DNA of 64,000 bases from Octopus sinensis (Eukaryota), in the NCBI RefSeq assembly GCF_006345805.1, contig NC_043013.1, positions 31,186,001 through 31,250,000 of the forward strand, written 5' to 3'. Of this stretch, positions 13,961-25,440 are shown piece by piece; position 1 is the first letter of the stretch, and each line of letters opens with the position of its first letter. The translations under genes and the position numbers were made by a program. The notes beneath the pieces were generated by a model. That model was not told the DNA's origin. It saw only the letters and a program-made list of their open reading frames with translations, and did not search any database.

Positions 13961-14799
13961 AAAGAGAGAGTATCAACATCATCATCTTATTAGGATCATT
14001 AAGAAATTTGCATAGAGATATGAAGGAAAACATGATATACATTTTGCACAACAAAAGAATCTCGAATAGATGTACTTATTAGTACAACACGAGAAAAATA
14101 GGCTTCTTCAGTGAAAAGGTTGTATCCAAATAAATGTAACCATATAAACATATCAGGCAGAGAATGCATTACGTATTATGTTGAGGGAAGAAATTCTAAT
14201 CGGGTATCTTCTACACTGATGAGAAAATATACACATCAATGCTCAACAAATGCATCGACACTCATTTAATGTAGCGCAGCAAAATTGTAGTGGAAAACAA
14301 TTATATAACCAGCTGAAATAGGATGTCCTTTAGATTCAAATATACCAAGAGGTTGAGAATGAGAATTACACAACAAAGCATAGTTAATAGTAGGACGCCA
14401 AACATATTGGTGGTACCTAAGAATAAACACAGCGAACATAACTTGTTTTTGAAACTAAATGAAATGCTTTACAGTAGAAAATGGTTATCGATAAAGCCGT
14501 TGATTAAGATAAACTATAAAGCTGGAACACTATTCATTTGACTATCTCTCTCCTTTTGTCTGTCTTTTTTCCTCACCTTAGTAACAGACACACGTATACA
14601 TGCACATATGTGTGTGTGTGTGTGTGTGTGTGTTTGCGTTAGTGTATATGTTTGTGTGTATATATATGCATTCATGTATGTGTGCATGTATAGAAGAGAG
14701 AGAATGTTAGAGAGAGAGAGAGAGAAAATCAAAGCTTGTATTAAATATTTAATAATGTATCATAACAATATTTAATACTTATTGACAAACAAGTAGCTA

Positions 14800-15130
14800 T
14801 GGTCTACAATACAACGTGTTGTGAATTAAATATATAGTGGATGAAACAGAAACTGAGACATGACTAGAAATATCCAATTGAATATGAAATACATTCATAT
14901 ATTCAGTTGCAAAGCGATGCATACTGACGTAACCGAAACACGAAACTGTACTGGGCAAGGTTTCTTTAATTATGCTGTAACAAAAGGACAATGAAAATTC
15001 GATTTTGCTACGTCTCAGTTTGTTCCCAGATCAAATCCCGTTGCTATACGATCGAATTTCACTTATGATCTGCTGTCCATCAAATAGGCAACTGGCATAC
15101 GATATTGCCAATTTAACCGGTTTCCACTGT
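14800..15130 (-). pseudogene. Candidate LRP-like pseudo-exon, blades 3-5-like
   Basis: WKPVKLAISYASCLFDGQQIISEIRSYSNGI*SGNKL...IEF resembles W....KIERA.MDG..R..I...WPNGL......L...IE. Confidence 0.42.
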
Positions 15131-15524
15131 GTAATTTCGTGTCCTTGTGTTTAAGTGTAGCTTCAATGCTTATTCGACTATCAACCTTGATGAGAATGTA
15201 ATAATCGATGGTTAAGTATGAATTAACAGTTAAATGAAACACTGTTGATTTTTTTTTTATAATCCACTAGAGACCAATATAGAGGAAATGGTACAGAACA
15301 AAATACAAAATGGGGAAAAAATTGAAAATCAAATGAAAGATGATAGAATATATGATTAATGAAAAGATGATATGATGGATACCTGAGCCCCACGACCAAG
15401 GCAGCGTCATTGAGCATTTTCCGACTTAAACACAAAATTAAAACAGTTATTTTACTACTTCATTTGTTTTTCCTTATTTATGTTCCGATTGAGTACCGTA
15501 TTCATGTTCTGTTTTTTTTTTTTA

Positions 15525-16370
15525 GGTTTCTTTTCTGCTTCTGTTTCTGTGATTCGGGTTGCAGGGACTGAGGGCACGTTTTTCATTTGTGCCCTTGTAA
15601 TTCGCACCCGAATCATCTCAGGTTTCTGCCCTGTTCAATGACTCCCAGCCTTTTCCCTTCACCTTCGTTTTCTGATTTTGTGTTTGTTCTTGCTTATTTA
15701 TTTTTTTGCTTTTTTTTAAATTTTGTAGGAGGAAGAGAATAAACTCTTTTTTTTTTTCTTTTTTGCTTCTCTTCCTACAACTGCCAACTCCCCGTCACTC
15801 ACCTCTGTCGAAGCTGATGTTCACGCCTACGCCGCCTTGCTGCTTTCCTTTTCCGTTTCCATCTCCGCCGTCTCCTGCTTTGTCTCCTCCTCTCCTGCAG
15901 CTTCCATATCTGCTTACTCTTGTTGCACCTCTGTATATTTCTGCTTCTGTTTGTGTGATTCGGGTTGAAGGGACTGAGGGCACGTTTTTCATTTGTACCC
16001 TTGTCATTCGCACCCGAATCATCTCAGGGTTCTGCCCTGTACAATGACTCCTAGCCTTCTCTCAACCAGTAATATGATAAAATCCGGAATTCCATCAATG
16101 ACCCCTGGTGTGGCTTGAATTGTTGTGGTTAACAACTTGCCACACCATTTCCCCACCGTTCACTGTTGGAAATCTATCAAGTTGACGTTCTCCTTGATGT
16201 TTGGGCATGCGACCGCTAAAAGACATGATGATTCTATTTCTGGCGGAGACCCATCAAATGTGATCTTTGCAGTTATTTTGCCGAAGTATAAGAACCTGCC
16301 TAGATCGTTATTTTGCCGAAGTATCAGAACCTGCCTAGACTGTGTCACCAAAGCAAGAATATTTCAGTAG
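15525..16370 (-). mobile_element. Retrotransposon ORF1/gag-like remnant with CCHC zinc knuckle; knuckle segment duplicated
   Basis: Frame ...KITFDGSPPEI...IDGIPDFII...RLGVIVQGR.LR*FGCE.QG(H/Y)K*KTCP (decayed CX2CX4HX4C), then an E/K-rich tail; ~125-bp direct repeat at 15530-15657 and 15938-16062. Confidence 0.7.
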
Positions 16371-16395
16371 CTTGTAGCTTTATACTGTGTATATT

Positions 16396-16612
16396 TACTT
16401 CTTTATTGCCCACAGCAGGCTAAACAGAGAGGGAACAAACAAGGACAGGCAAAGATATTGAGACAAAGATATTACATCGACTCCAGTGCGTAACTGGTAT
16501 TTATTTATTCGACCCAGAAAGGATGAAAGGCAATGTCGACCTTAGCGTGGTTTGAATTCAGAACGAAATGGCAAGCGAAATACCGCTAACGATTCTGCCA
16601 GCTCGCTGCTCT
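16396..16612 (-). mobile_element. tRNA-derived SINE family B with 17-bp TSD
   Basis: Head GCAGCGAGCTGGCAGAATCG on the minus strand; TSD TTTATACTGTGTATATT at 16379-16395 and 16613-16629. Confidence 0.9.
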
Positions 16613-16867
16613 TTTATACTGTGTATATTATAAGATTTTTATCTGTCATTGGATTAAGTGCTTTTTGTTGTTCTTGCCGTAACGAAGCTGCAAATAATGT
16701 ATGCGTGTTTGTGTGCGTGCGTCCGTGTGTGTGTGTGGATTTAAGTCCATTTCAGGAAACGTATTAGAGTATGCATATAAAAGCTTCTATATTAATATAT
16801 CGGTGACAAACTTGCCATAGCAGTTTTATGGGTTTGTATGGAGCAGTGAGCAAAAGTCTCGAGAAGA

Positions 16868-16903
<36 letters not shown>

Positions 16904-17179
16904 GTTCCGAATTGCTATAAATTATATAATGAGCTATTTCTACTAATCATTGTATAGAGTCAATATCACTGCACTTTCATACAGATGATGTGTCATATAA
17001 CATTTTTACTCTTTATATTTATCGGTGCAACTGTATTGCAAATACTTCTCTTTCTAGCGATACACAGTTTTACTTCTCAAATGCTTGTGACTTACTAACC
17101 AATAATTTAATGCGTATATCCCTTTCTGGACTCTGTTAATAATAAATTTTGTTAAGGTAATGCTTTCCAAAACAAAGAA

Positions 17180-17420
17180 ATCTAGATCGAGTCAGAATCT
17201 AAATGTATATTTCCACAAACAATACAGTGTAAAATTTGTCGTTTGTAAAGCATCAGAGTGATTTGTCCATCGTTCTTTGGTGAGAGTTTGTTACAAGATT
17301 TTTTCCGGTTTATGTGAATATTCCTCTCCTGATGGTTTCCAACAATATTTGGCTCCTTTATACATGCATGATATTTTATATACACTTTGTCTGATACATT
17401 TGTCATCTAACACTTTGCTA
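17180..17420 (-). pseudogene. Candidate LRP-like pseudo-exon, blades 3-4-like
   Basis: SKVLDDKCIRQ...GAKYCW...RWTNHSDALQTTNFTLYCLW in one frame with one stop. Confidence 0.38.
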
Positions 17421-17749
17421 GACTCTTCTATATAGAGCTGAGCAACCAAGCACTAACATGCGTAGACACACACTGGTACAAAGATAAAGACTGACAATTG
17501 ATGAACCACGAATGAAATCAGATAAATAAACGTTAACACATAATATCACCAAAAAGTCTTTAAAATTTCATTTCGACATAACAATAAAAAAACAATATAA
17601 ACACCAACCAGACACTGCATAAACATTCAAGGAATCTCGCCGCCATTAAAGTACATCTCAAATGCAAAACTAATTAGAGACACACATACATAATTAATAC
17701 AGCCCAGAAACTGATACACACAAAATCATACGGAAATATACGCCTAGCT

Positions 17750-18024
17750 AGACGCATAGGAAATATACAATCCACCATCAAATATAAAAGGCAGAGTGTT
17801 AGAGACCAAGAAGTCACTGAAAAGGCTTCAGGGATGTAAACAAAGGCATTGTCTTATCAATAAGCTGTCTAAAATCCGTGCGTGGGTAGATGGCAATCCG
17901 GTATTAATGCAATATCTGGATAAACAAGGATTCACCATCAAGATTATTGACAAATAAATAATACCCACGCATACAGTTATACGAAGATTAAAAACTATAC
18001 AATGGCATCTGCAGTCGAACTTCC
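17750..18024 (-). pseudogene. Candidate LRP-like pseudo-exon, blades 1-2-like
   Basis: Strong acceptor ttttgtttttatttatcccag; YLFVNNLDGES...IAIYP in one frame and IPEAFSVTSW in another; stops and frameshifts. Confidence 0.5.
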
Positions 18025-18461
18025 CTGGGATAAATAAAAACAAAATATCTAATGTTGAGTACTTTGTTACCGGTACAATGAATATTTGTGGAACTTCCTC
18101 ATTAAAACATTTACAGTTAGATAATTAGCAGGCTCAACTGTTTTGGAGAGAATACAAAAATAATGTAACCATAGACACCATGTAGCACGCACGTTGCACA
18201 TACAATATGTAAGTAGAAGAGAGCAGCGTCATATTTTAAAGTTCACTATGATACCATTATGGATGTAAATATCTAACTTCAAGCCATCCAGCCTATTGAC
18301 TCCTTCTCATAAACCAGCGCCCTCTTTCATAGAAAAATTCTAATAAAACATACAAACGTGCGCTACACATACACACACGTTCACGCACACGCTCAAACCA
18401 CAGACATACTTAGGAGAGCGCGCACGTACACACACACAAACACACACACACACACACTCAA

Positions 18462-18521
<60 letters not shown>

Positions 18522-18695
18522 TCCATACACCCTTGGTTTTGTTGTTTCATTTTATTTAACATATGCATGCCCACACAATACCCTTATTCGTATTAGTATC
18601 GAACCGGCAGTCTAACTACTGTCCTCCCGTACACCTTACATGGCCTTACCTGCTATCTTGGGTCTTCCGGATACCAGAACCTCTCATATATATAT

Positions 18696-18776
<81 letters not shown>

Positions 18777-20230
18777 TATGTGTGTGTGTTTGTGTGATAA
18801 TATATGCATATATATATATATATATATATAACTTATAAACAAGGGCAGAAGAAAATTAATTTCAATGCCAATATGCTGATAACAGACTTTTAAATTGTCA
18901 ATTTCCACATTATATACCCGCTACAGAAATACGTTGTGCTGAAATCGAGGAAAGCTAGCCAACAGAATTTTTTTAAAAAGTTCGTTATTTCTATATTGAA
19001 TCAATTTCGGAATTAATCTCATAATATATTTTTTCCTCGTCAGTAGAACATACGAATAGAATTAAATGAAATACTTACATGCACACATGGAAAAAAAAAA
19101 CCAAGCAAAAAATCATGTGTACACATAAGTACCCCATATATATCTAAATATAAAATCCTTTGGTCAGCCTCAGCACACGTGCGAACTGTTCTCCACCACA
19201 CCTTATAGTGGTTGCCTGTCCCTATAGCGAATAGAAATAAGTCTACTACTAATATACGATGAAGTTTGTTTTTTTACAGAAAAAAATTTCATCAAAACAG
19301 TGGCAGCATATTAAAATACCTTTAAAGTTAAAATTATAAACAACTTATAAACAAAGGCAAAAGAAAATTAATTTCGATGCCAATATTCTGATAACCGACT
19401 TTTAAATCGTCAATTTCCACAAGATCAAGACGTATTGATAGTTACAAAGAGTAGGACTTATTTGCTAACGGTTTTAGTGTAAGGGCGGAGGTGGGAAGCA
19501 CGAAACTGTGCCTTAAAGAAACTGTATACAGTACATTCTGTATATAGTACATTCAAAGAATATGGTGTTGAAAGTTTCATATTTATTACCCAAATCATAA
19601 TCGCCCTGACGACACCTGGCATTGAGAATTTTGAAATAGTGAAAGTGAAGTATTTTATTCATCCTTGTGTTGAAGCATAACACTTGGCATGTCTTTCAAC
19701 GTTGTGTTCAAAGTATGCAGGAAACAGGTGAGAAACACTTTCTGAGAGTACATTTTACACTTTACAAGATGCACTGCGGTTTTACCAACCTTAGTTATAA
19801 CAAACGGAGTTATTCGGTTTTTCTGTTTTCAAATTCAGAACAACAGATGTAATTTGTAACATTCAAACGATCTATGAGGAACGGATTTCTTTTTCTTTTC
19901 TTGCCTTTTATTTCCTTTTTTGTTATTTTCGTTATTTGTATCTCAAATATCTCCAGACATAATTCGGTTTGTAGAGTTCTGGTAATCATTAGAATCCCTA
20001 TACATTATCTTCAGCAAAATCTATTGCCATTCCTATGATATGTTTTCATGTCAAATGTCATGTTAGATTATTTATATAACTGAATTAACTTAGGTTCAAG
20101 TGGATTCCTTCTTTAACTGCTATTTTTTTTCGAACGTGCCAAATATTTTATAGAAAATGTAAACATCCTTCCACAAATAGAGACGTCAACATTGTTTTTT
20201 AAGTAAACCAATAAATGTTAATTAACTTAC

Positions 20231-20529
20231 ATTTTGATTGTTCATCATTTCCATTACTACTACTTGTCTCTATTACAAATATCCGGTGAGAGGGTCTTGA
20301 AATGGACTGTAAATAAAGCTTCAGCTGTCGACTTTTCTCATTGCAATCAGATCATAAAACTGTTCAATAGTCGCGACACAGACGTCATGATATATATAAA
20401 TCAACTGGTCTCCACAAAAGTAGTTCTTATAACACGTGTCTTCAAACGGTTTCTCGCATTGACTCTTGATCCACGTTGAAATTTTCCATTGAAGTTATTT
20501 TTACATAGATCGGTAACAAACTGCAATAG
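20231..20529 (-). pseudogene. Candidate LRP-like pseudo-exon, blades 3-5-like
   Basis: ttttcag|...CAAAAT|gtaagt; AIAV, FVTDL...KFQRG...RNR..VI.T, DQLIYIYHD...TIE and DPLTGYL-TAA-TAG, where YW is expected. Confidence 0.58.
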
Positions 20530-20829
20530 CTGAAAATTAATATTTAGAATATTAGAAATTATTCGTGGTATGAAGAGTTACTGTGTCGTGGACATTTCTG
20601 GATATAATTTCTTTCTCATACATATCTTATGATGTTAAATTGCAACTGTAACAAGTGAAGCTGGAAACACATACAAATTGAGGTAAATCAAGTTTCCTCA
20701 TTATGTAAAACAAAAGGCATGCTTTGAAATACGAATGCTTATATAATTGATCTTAAAGTATTCGCTTCATAGCAAAGGAGTAAGGATATGATTATATCCA
20801 CATTAAGTAATAGTTTTCATGTGCTTTAC

Positions 20830-21170
20830 GAAGGGACTTATAGTGTTCCGGCAAAACATTAGTCATGTTACTACTGTTGAAAGTTGTTGCTCCCAGTCCT
20901 TAGCAGTAATGCCTTCATTTAATCTGTTCTAATAACATTACGTTCACTACAGAACTAATATCATTTCAAACTTACACACACAAAATTGCATTTACGAAGT
21001 ATCGGGAAAACAAAGGCCGGTAAGACACCACGACATAGGAGTAAAAATGTAATTTGGAAAATATTCTTGATCTTTAAAATCTAGAGTTGTATTACCAATT
21101 GTTGGACTTCAAACCTATGCAAATTCCCTGGATTGGCACCAGAGAATATTCGACATGATTCGTTGCATTC
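20830..21170 (-). pseudogene. Candidate LRP-like pseudo-exon(s), blades 1-2-like
   Basis: VPIQG...TTLDFKDQEYF, then NRLNEGITAKDWEQQL (20881-20928), resembling PEGLAVDW...NLYW. Confidence 0.45.
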
Positions 21171-22353
21171 ATGTTTCGATAGAAACAAACAGATATGTAA
21201 ACCATTAATTCATTAAAATATATAAAAGGTAGGTTGAAACAAACTACGACACATTGAAAGGATTCCACTAATTTTAGTCCCAGTGAGATCTAAATTCGAA
21301 TGAATGTTAATAACTCAGGTTTTTTTAAAATTTTGTGTTTATCTCTAAAAAGAAAAAATACGAACCATATTTTGTTCATTGTAGCATTTTTTGCTTATGG
21401 TGTGGTACTGTTCAATTTTGATTTTTGTCTCTGCCCTTCATTGACTTTATTTTCTTTCGTTCATTAATACATTGTTTGAGAGTGGATATGTCCTTGCGTT
21501 GTGGTGTGCTGTTGATCGCGATCCCATAATTTAAGTGTTACTTGATTTGGAAATTATATCAAACATGAATTAGTAATTACCTAATGATGTTTTCTTTATA
21601 ATTCAAGTCTCTTTTATAATCTTGTCATAAATGAACGGTGAGTTGGAAGAAAGATACAGAGGGTCTGTAAACAATTATACTTTGTTGGCATCGAACATAT
21701 ATTTCTAAATCATATTGATTATTTGCAGTACGTTTTATTTATGCGGGCAATGTTTTCATATTCATAAGGATATATGTATGAAATTTTAATGTTTTTGTCA
21801 TGTATAATTAGTGAAAGCTTATGATTGTGTGCAATGGATTATGTATTCTGTTTCGTGCGTGTTTTTAAAACGTGCTCATATATTTTTTTATCTAGTGATT
21901 AATTTGTTTCAGGTAATAGGTAATGTGTTGTTTGTTAAAAAGTAATAGCTGTCATGTCTGATGTATTTATTGCATTCGATTTTTCAGTATTCTTCCAGGG
22001 TTATCTGTTTTAGATTTTTCTATAGCTTTATATGATGTGTATTTCTGCTTTTTTTATATAATACTTCTATTGTGGGTAGAGTCTGGAAGCTCTTCTAGCG
22101 TAGGGATTTCACATCTGACATTTTATATATGTATGAACATTCACAATATGCAAAACCACGGACATATTTATTAATGTCCTCGATACAAGCGGACGTGATA
22201 AATCTGTTATTTTGTAACTCCGTATTTATGTCTAGAAATGGACGTATTATATCACCAAGAGATTTATTAACATTATACGTGATAGGGAATTTTGGCTGTT
22301 TTATTTATATGTCATTTTTTTAGCATTTCTACAATTTTATTTGCGTTCATTAC

Positions 22354-22558
22354 AGTAAGTATACTGTCGATGTAGTTGGTTGTGATATCAACACGTAGGC
22401 CGTCAGCGAAACCTGCAGCAGACCGAACATTATCAGAGCAACAAAAAATTCTCTTCCTTGCATTATAATCTATCATAAGACATATGACACCGATATTTAC
22501 TTCAGCCGGATGATAAGCTGTATAAATCTCGCTTGAACCACCATAAGTATATATCAAT
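22354..22558 (-). pseudogene. Candidate LRP-like exon, blades 3-4-like, frame still open
   Basis: Long pyrimidine tract + ttatag acceptor, candidate donor gtaatg; open frame LIYTYGGSSEIYTA...CLMIDYNARKRIFCCSD...FADGLRVDI. Confidence 0.58.
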
Positions 22559-23378
22559 CTATAAAGGACTAAGAACCAAGACAGACAAAGAAGCAAGAAA
22601 GATTTGTTTTCAACCTAACATACACAATAGGAAACATTTGTCTCTCCACAAATATAAATATTAATAAACAGAGATGGTGATACAGAGATAGAAAGAAAAA
22701 CGGACAAACGATCCAAAAATATTGTTGATTAAGGTGACTGATCTAAAATTGAAATTTATTAGATATCTTTATGTTTCATATTCAGTATTATAAATACACA
22801 TATTATTACGAATAAACATATCCACATATATACAAACAAATACAAATATATACAGTAATATCGGTTTCATTTTAATGAGAGTGCGATTCATATCCAAAAA
22901 AACTTTAGGCAACAAATTTTGCATTGATTTCATTCTGTAAACAATTAATTATAGAGCTAAATGTATCTTCACAAAAAATTACTGAAAATAATTATATGTA
23001 TGTTTGTTTCGTTAAAAATCAAAATCTATTTAGAGAAATACTTTGTTTTCTTTCCATCATTTCAAGTTGGTGTATTTTAAGATACATCTGGATACAGAAC
23101 TTAAGTAAAGTTGATAGAGATATGGAGTATTTTTTTCCTACTTTGCAATTTATATAACTTGTGAAGTTGGTAAATGTGTATTTTAACATGACGCCACAAC
23201 GAAAACTATTTCAAAATTCCATGTATGATTTATATAAACCGCCATTGATTCAGAATATTTATCTTGCTACGAATAATTTTAATAATGGATTTGAATTCTT
23301 AAACATTGAACTCAAACCAAAATGATAGCTTCAGATTTGTTGCGCTATTATCTCCCCCATACATCTGCAATTTTTTTT

Positions 23379-23597
23379 TTAACCGGCATAATCAGAGGAA
23401 TAAGGGAAGTGTCTTTTCTCATACTTGTCGGGAAAATGAGTTGGCTGTTTATATTTTTCAAAACAATGAACAAGTGAGAATATTGCTGCTGCATTTGACT
23501 CGGCTAAAAGCAGATGGAGGTGATGCACATCAACAAAACAGACACATGTTTGAAGATTACGACAACAGCAGGTGGCTGAGATACGGTATTTGTTGAA
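23379..23597 (-). pseudogene. Candidate LRP-like pseudo-exon, EGF end + blade 1
   Basis: Open frame of about 72 codons: ATCCCRNLQTC....LLLAESNA..IFSL...RHFPYSSD. Confidence 0.48.
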
Positions 23598-24699
23598 GCA
23601 TGGATTATTTATCCACCTTGATAGAGCTTAAAGTAGTTTGCATTTTGATAAATATTTATTTCGGAATACTTTTCTTGACATTTAAAAGCAAAATCTTTTC
23701 TTACCGGATTTAAATCATTTAACACCTTGTGAATCTTTATTATCTAATGTACATTTCGATATCAAAAGAATTTACACTATATGCAGATATCCATAATATA
23801 TTCTACCACGTTTAATCAGTTATCACAATACACCTGTCTATGATAACAATCTTACAGACTATTATATTTGATTTCTCAATAACTGAATCGAATTACCTCC
23901 TCAAAGTTCTGCATATAATTTGATTTCTTTTCCATCTGCATACACGCGTGCACACTCACACACACACATACACACATATATGCATATATACATACATATA
24001 TACATGCATATATACATATATATATATATGTATAAGTATACATACACACACATACATACATACATATATATATATATGTGTGTGTGTGTGTGTATATTAC
24101 CAATTGTATGGGTATTGTATATATACATATATATAGAGGGAGAAATGCATATACATACTTAAAGACATACGTATATTAATATATGAATATGTGCGGGCAT
24201 TTGTATCTGCGTGTGTATTTAAATATACGGAGTCTGTACAAAATATAACCTTATTTTCATTCGAAGGCGATAACTAGCCGACCAGGTTGCACTCTGCCAC
24301 TGGTGTAGGTGTGACATTAACCTTCAATCCAACACTAACCGTATCACGTCACACGCTTTAGGCATCGATCTAGACCTGCTGGTATTAATATATGCTTACT
24401 ATAGTCGATAATTCGTTGCTGGTTTGAACAATAGTGTATTTGAAGAACGAGTTTGTATGAAAATCTATTTTTTACTGGAAGAAATAATACTTACGGAGAT
24501 GTTTCTGGAGTTGCAACAACTCCAATGGCGGAAGTATTGAAATCACATAAAATATCATAACTGAAACCAAATTAAAAATCAGAAACATTCAACAGATACA
24601 CGCGCAAAACTATATCAAAAGAATGTGTTATAATATTATTCCACATATATACAAATTGTAGCCATATGACATGAAATATATAGACATTAATCCAAAAAT

Positions 24700-25440
24700 T
24701 TAAATAAACTTATGGAATGTGACAAATGAGGTTCATTTTTCAATGCAGTCACCTTTACTCAACACAATCCTTCCATCATTATTGCCGAGCTTGGATCCCA
24801 TTGGCTTAGAAGTTTTTATGCTGTTGCTCAAAAACGTTATTAACAATATGACCATGTATAACACTATTATCACTGTGATGCTGGTTCCCAAGCAACTGTA
24901 GAGAAAAAAATGATAGTCAAATGCGGAATAGGGAGGATCATTAACTCGTTCAAAGTTACAGCCATGAACATCAGCCGCTGAAAGTGTTTGAATATTGTCC
25001 TGATGACGGAAGACACCCTTCGTCAGTTTTCCTCGGCGTTTGGTCTTGATATGCTTTCATAAATGCCTCAGAAAATTGGTATGATACTCTCCATTGATGA
25101 TTTAATACTTTTGAAGGTAGTCAATAAACACAATGCATTTTGCATCCGAAACGACTAATGCCATCATCTTCCCTATTGATGATACGAACTTGGCGGCGAG
25201 CTGGCAGAAACGTTAGCACGCCGGGCGAAACGCTTAGCAGTATTTCGTCTGCCGCTACGATCTGAGTTCAAATTCTGCCAAGGTCGACTTTGACTTTCAT
25301 CCTTTCGGGGTCGATAAATTAAGTACCATTTACGCACTGGGGTCGATATAATCGACTTAATCCGTTTGTCCTCTCTGTGTTTAGCCCCTTGTGGGTAGTA
25401 ATGAAATAGATACGAACTTGGTCTTATTTGGAGCTGGTGA
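24700..25440 (-). mobile_element. Second mariner remnant (irritans/Himar-like C-terminal half), interrupted by a SINE
   Basis: PAPNKTKFVSSIGKMMALV..DAKCIVFIDYLQK...INGEY, HQDN, PPYS..DYHFF. Confidence 0.8.
25192..25408 (+). mobile_element. SINE family B, full-length, with 11-bp TSD
   Basis: GGCGGCGAGCTGGCAGAAACG...GAGTTCAAATTC...GTGGGTAGTAATGAAATA; TSD GATACGAACTT at 25181-25191 and 25409-25419. Confidence 0.92.

Noticed and set aside
15545-15650. HDV-like ribozyme topology in the duplicated knuckle segment
   Set aside because: The P1/P2/P3 order fits, but P3/L3 size, P1.1 and the catalytic J4/2 C do not, and the segment is explained as CCHC-coding DNA.
20270-20275. Idea that the LRP-like stops are rescued by cephalopod A-to-I editing (UAG to UIG = Trp)
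   Set aside because: Many stops are not at Trp positions, frameshifts are present, and conserved residues are lost throughout; decay is the simpler explanation.
20234-20479. Plus-strand ORF ending KVVLITRVFKRFLALTLDPR, also YWTD-like
   Set aside because: It is opposite to the strand with splice sites and all the other matches, so I treat it as chance. It is also a warning that by-eye YWTD matching has false positives.
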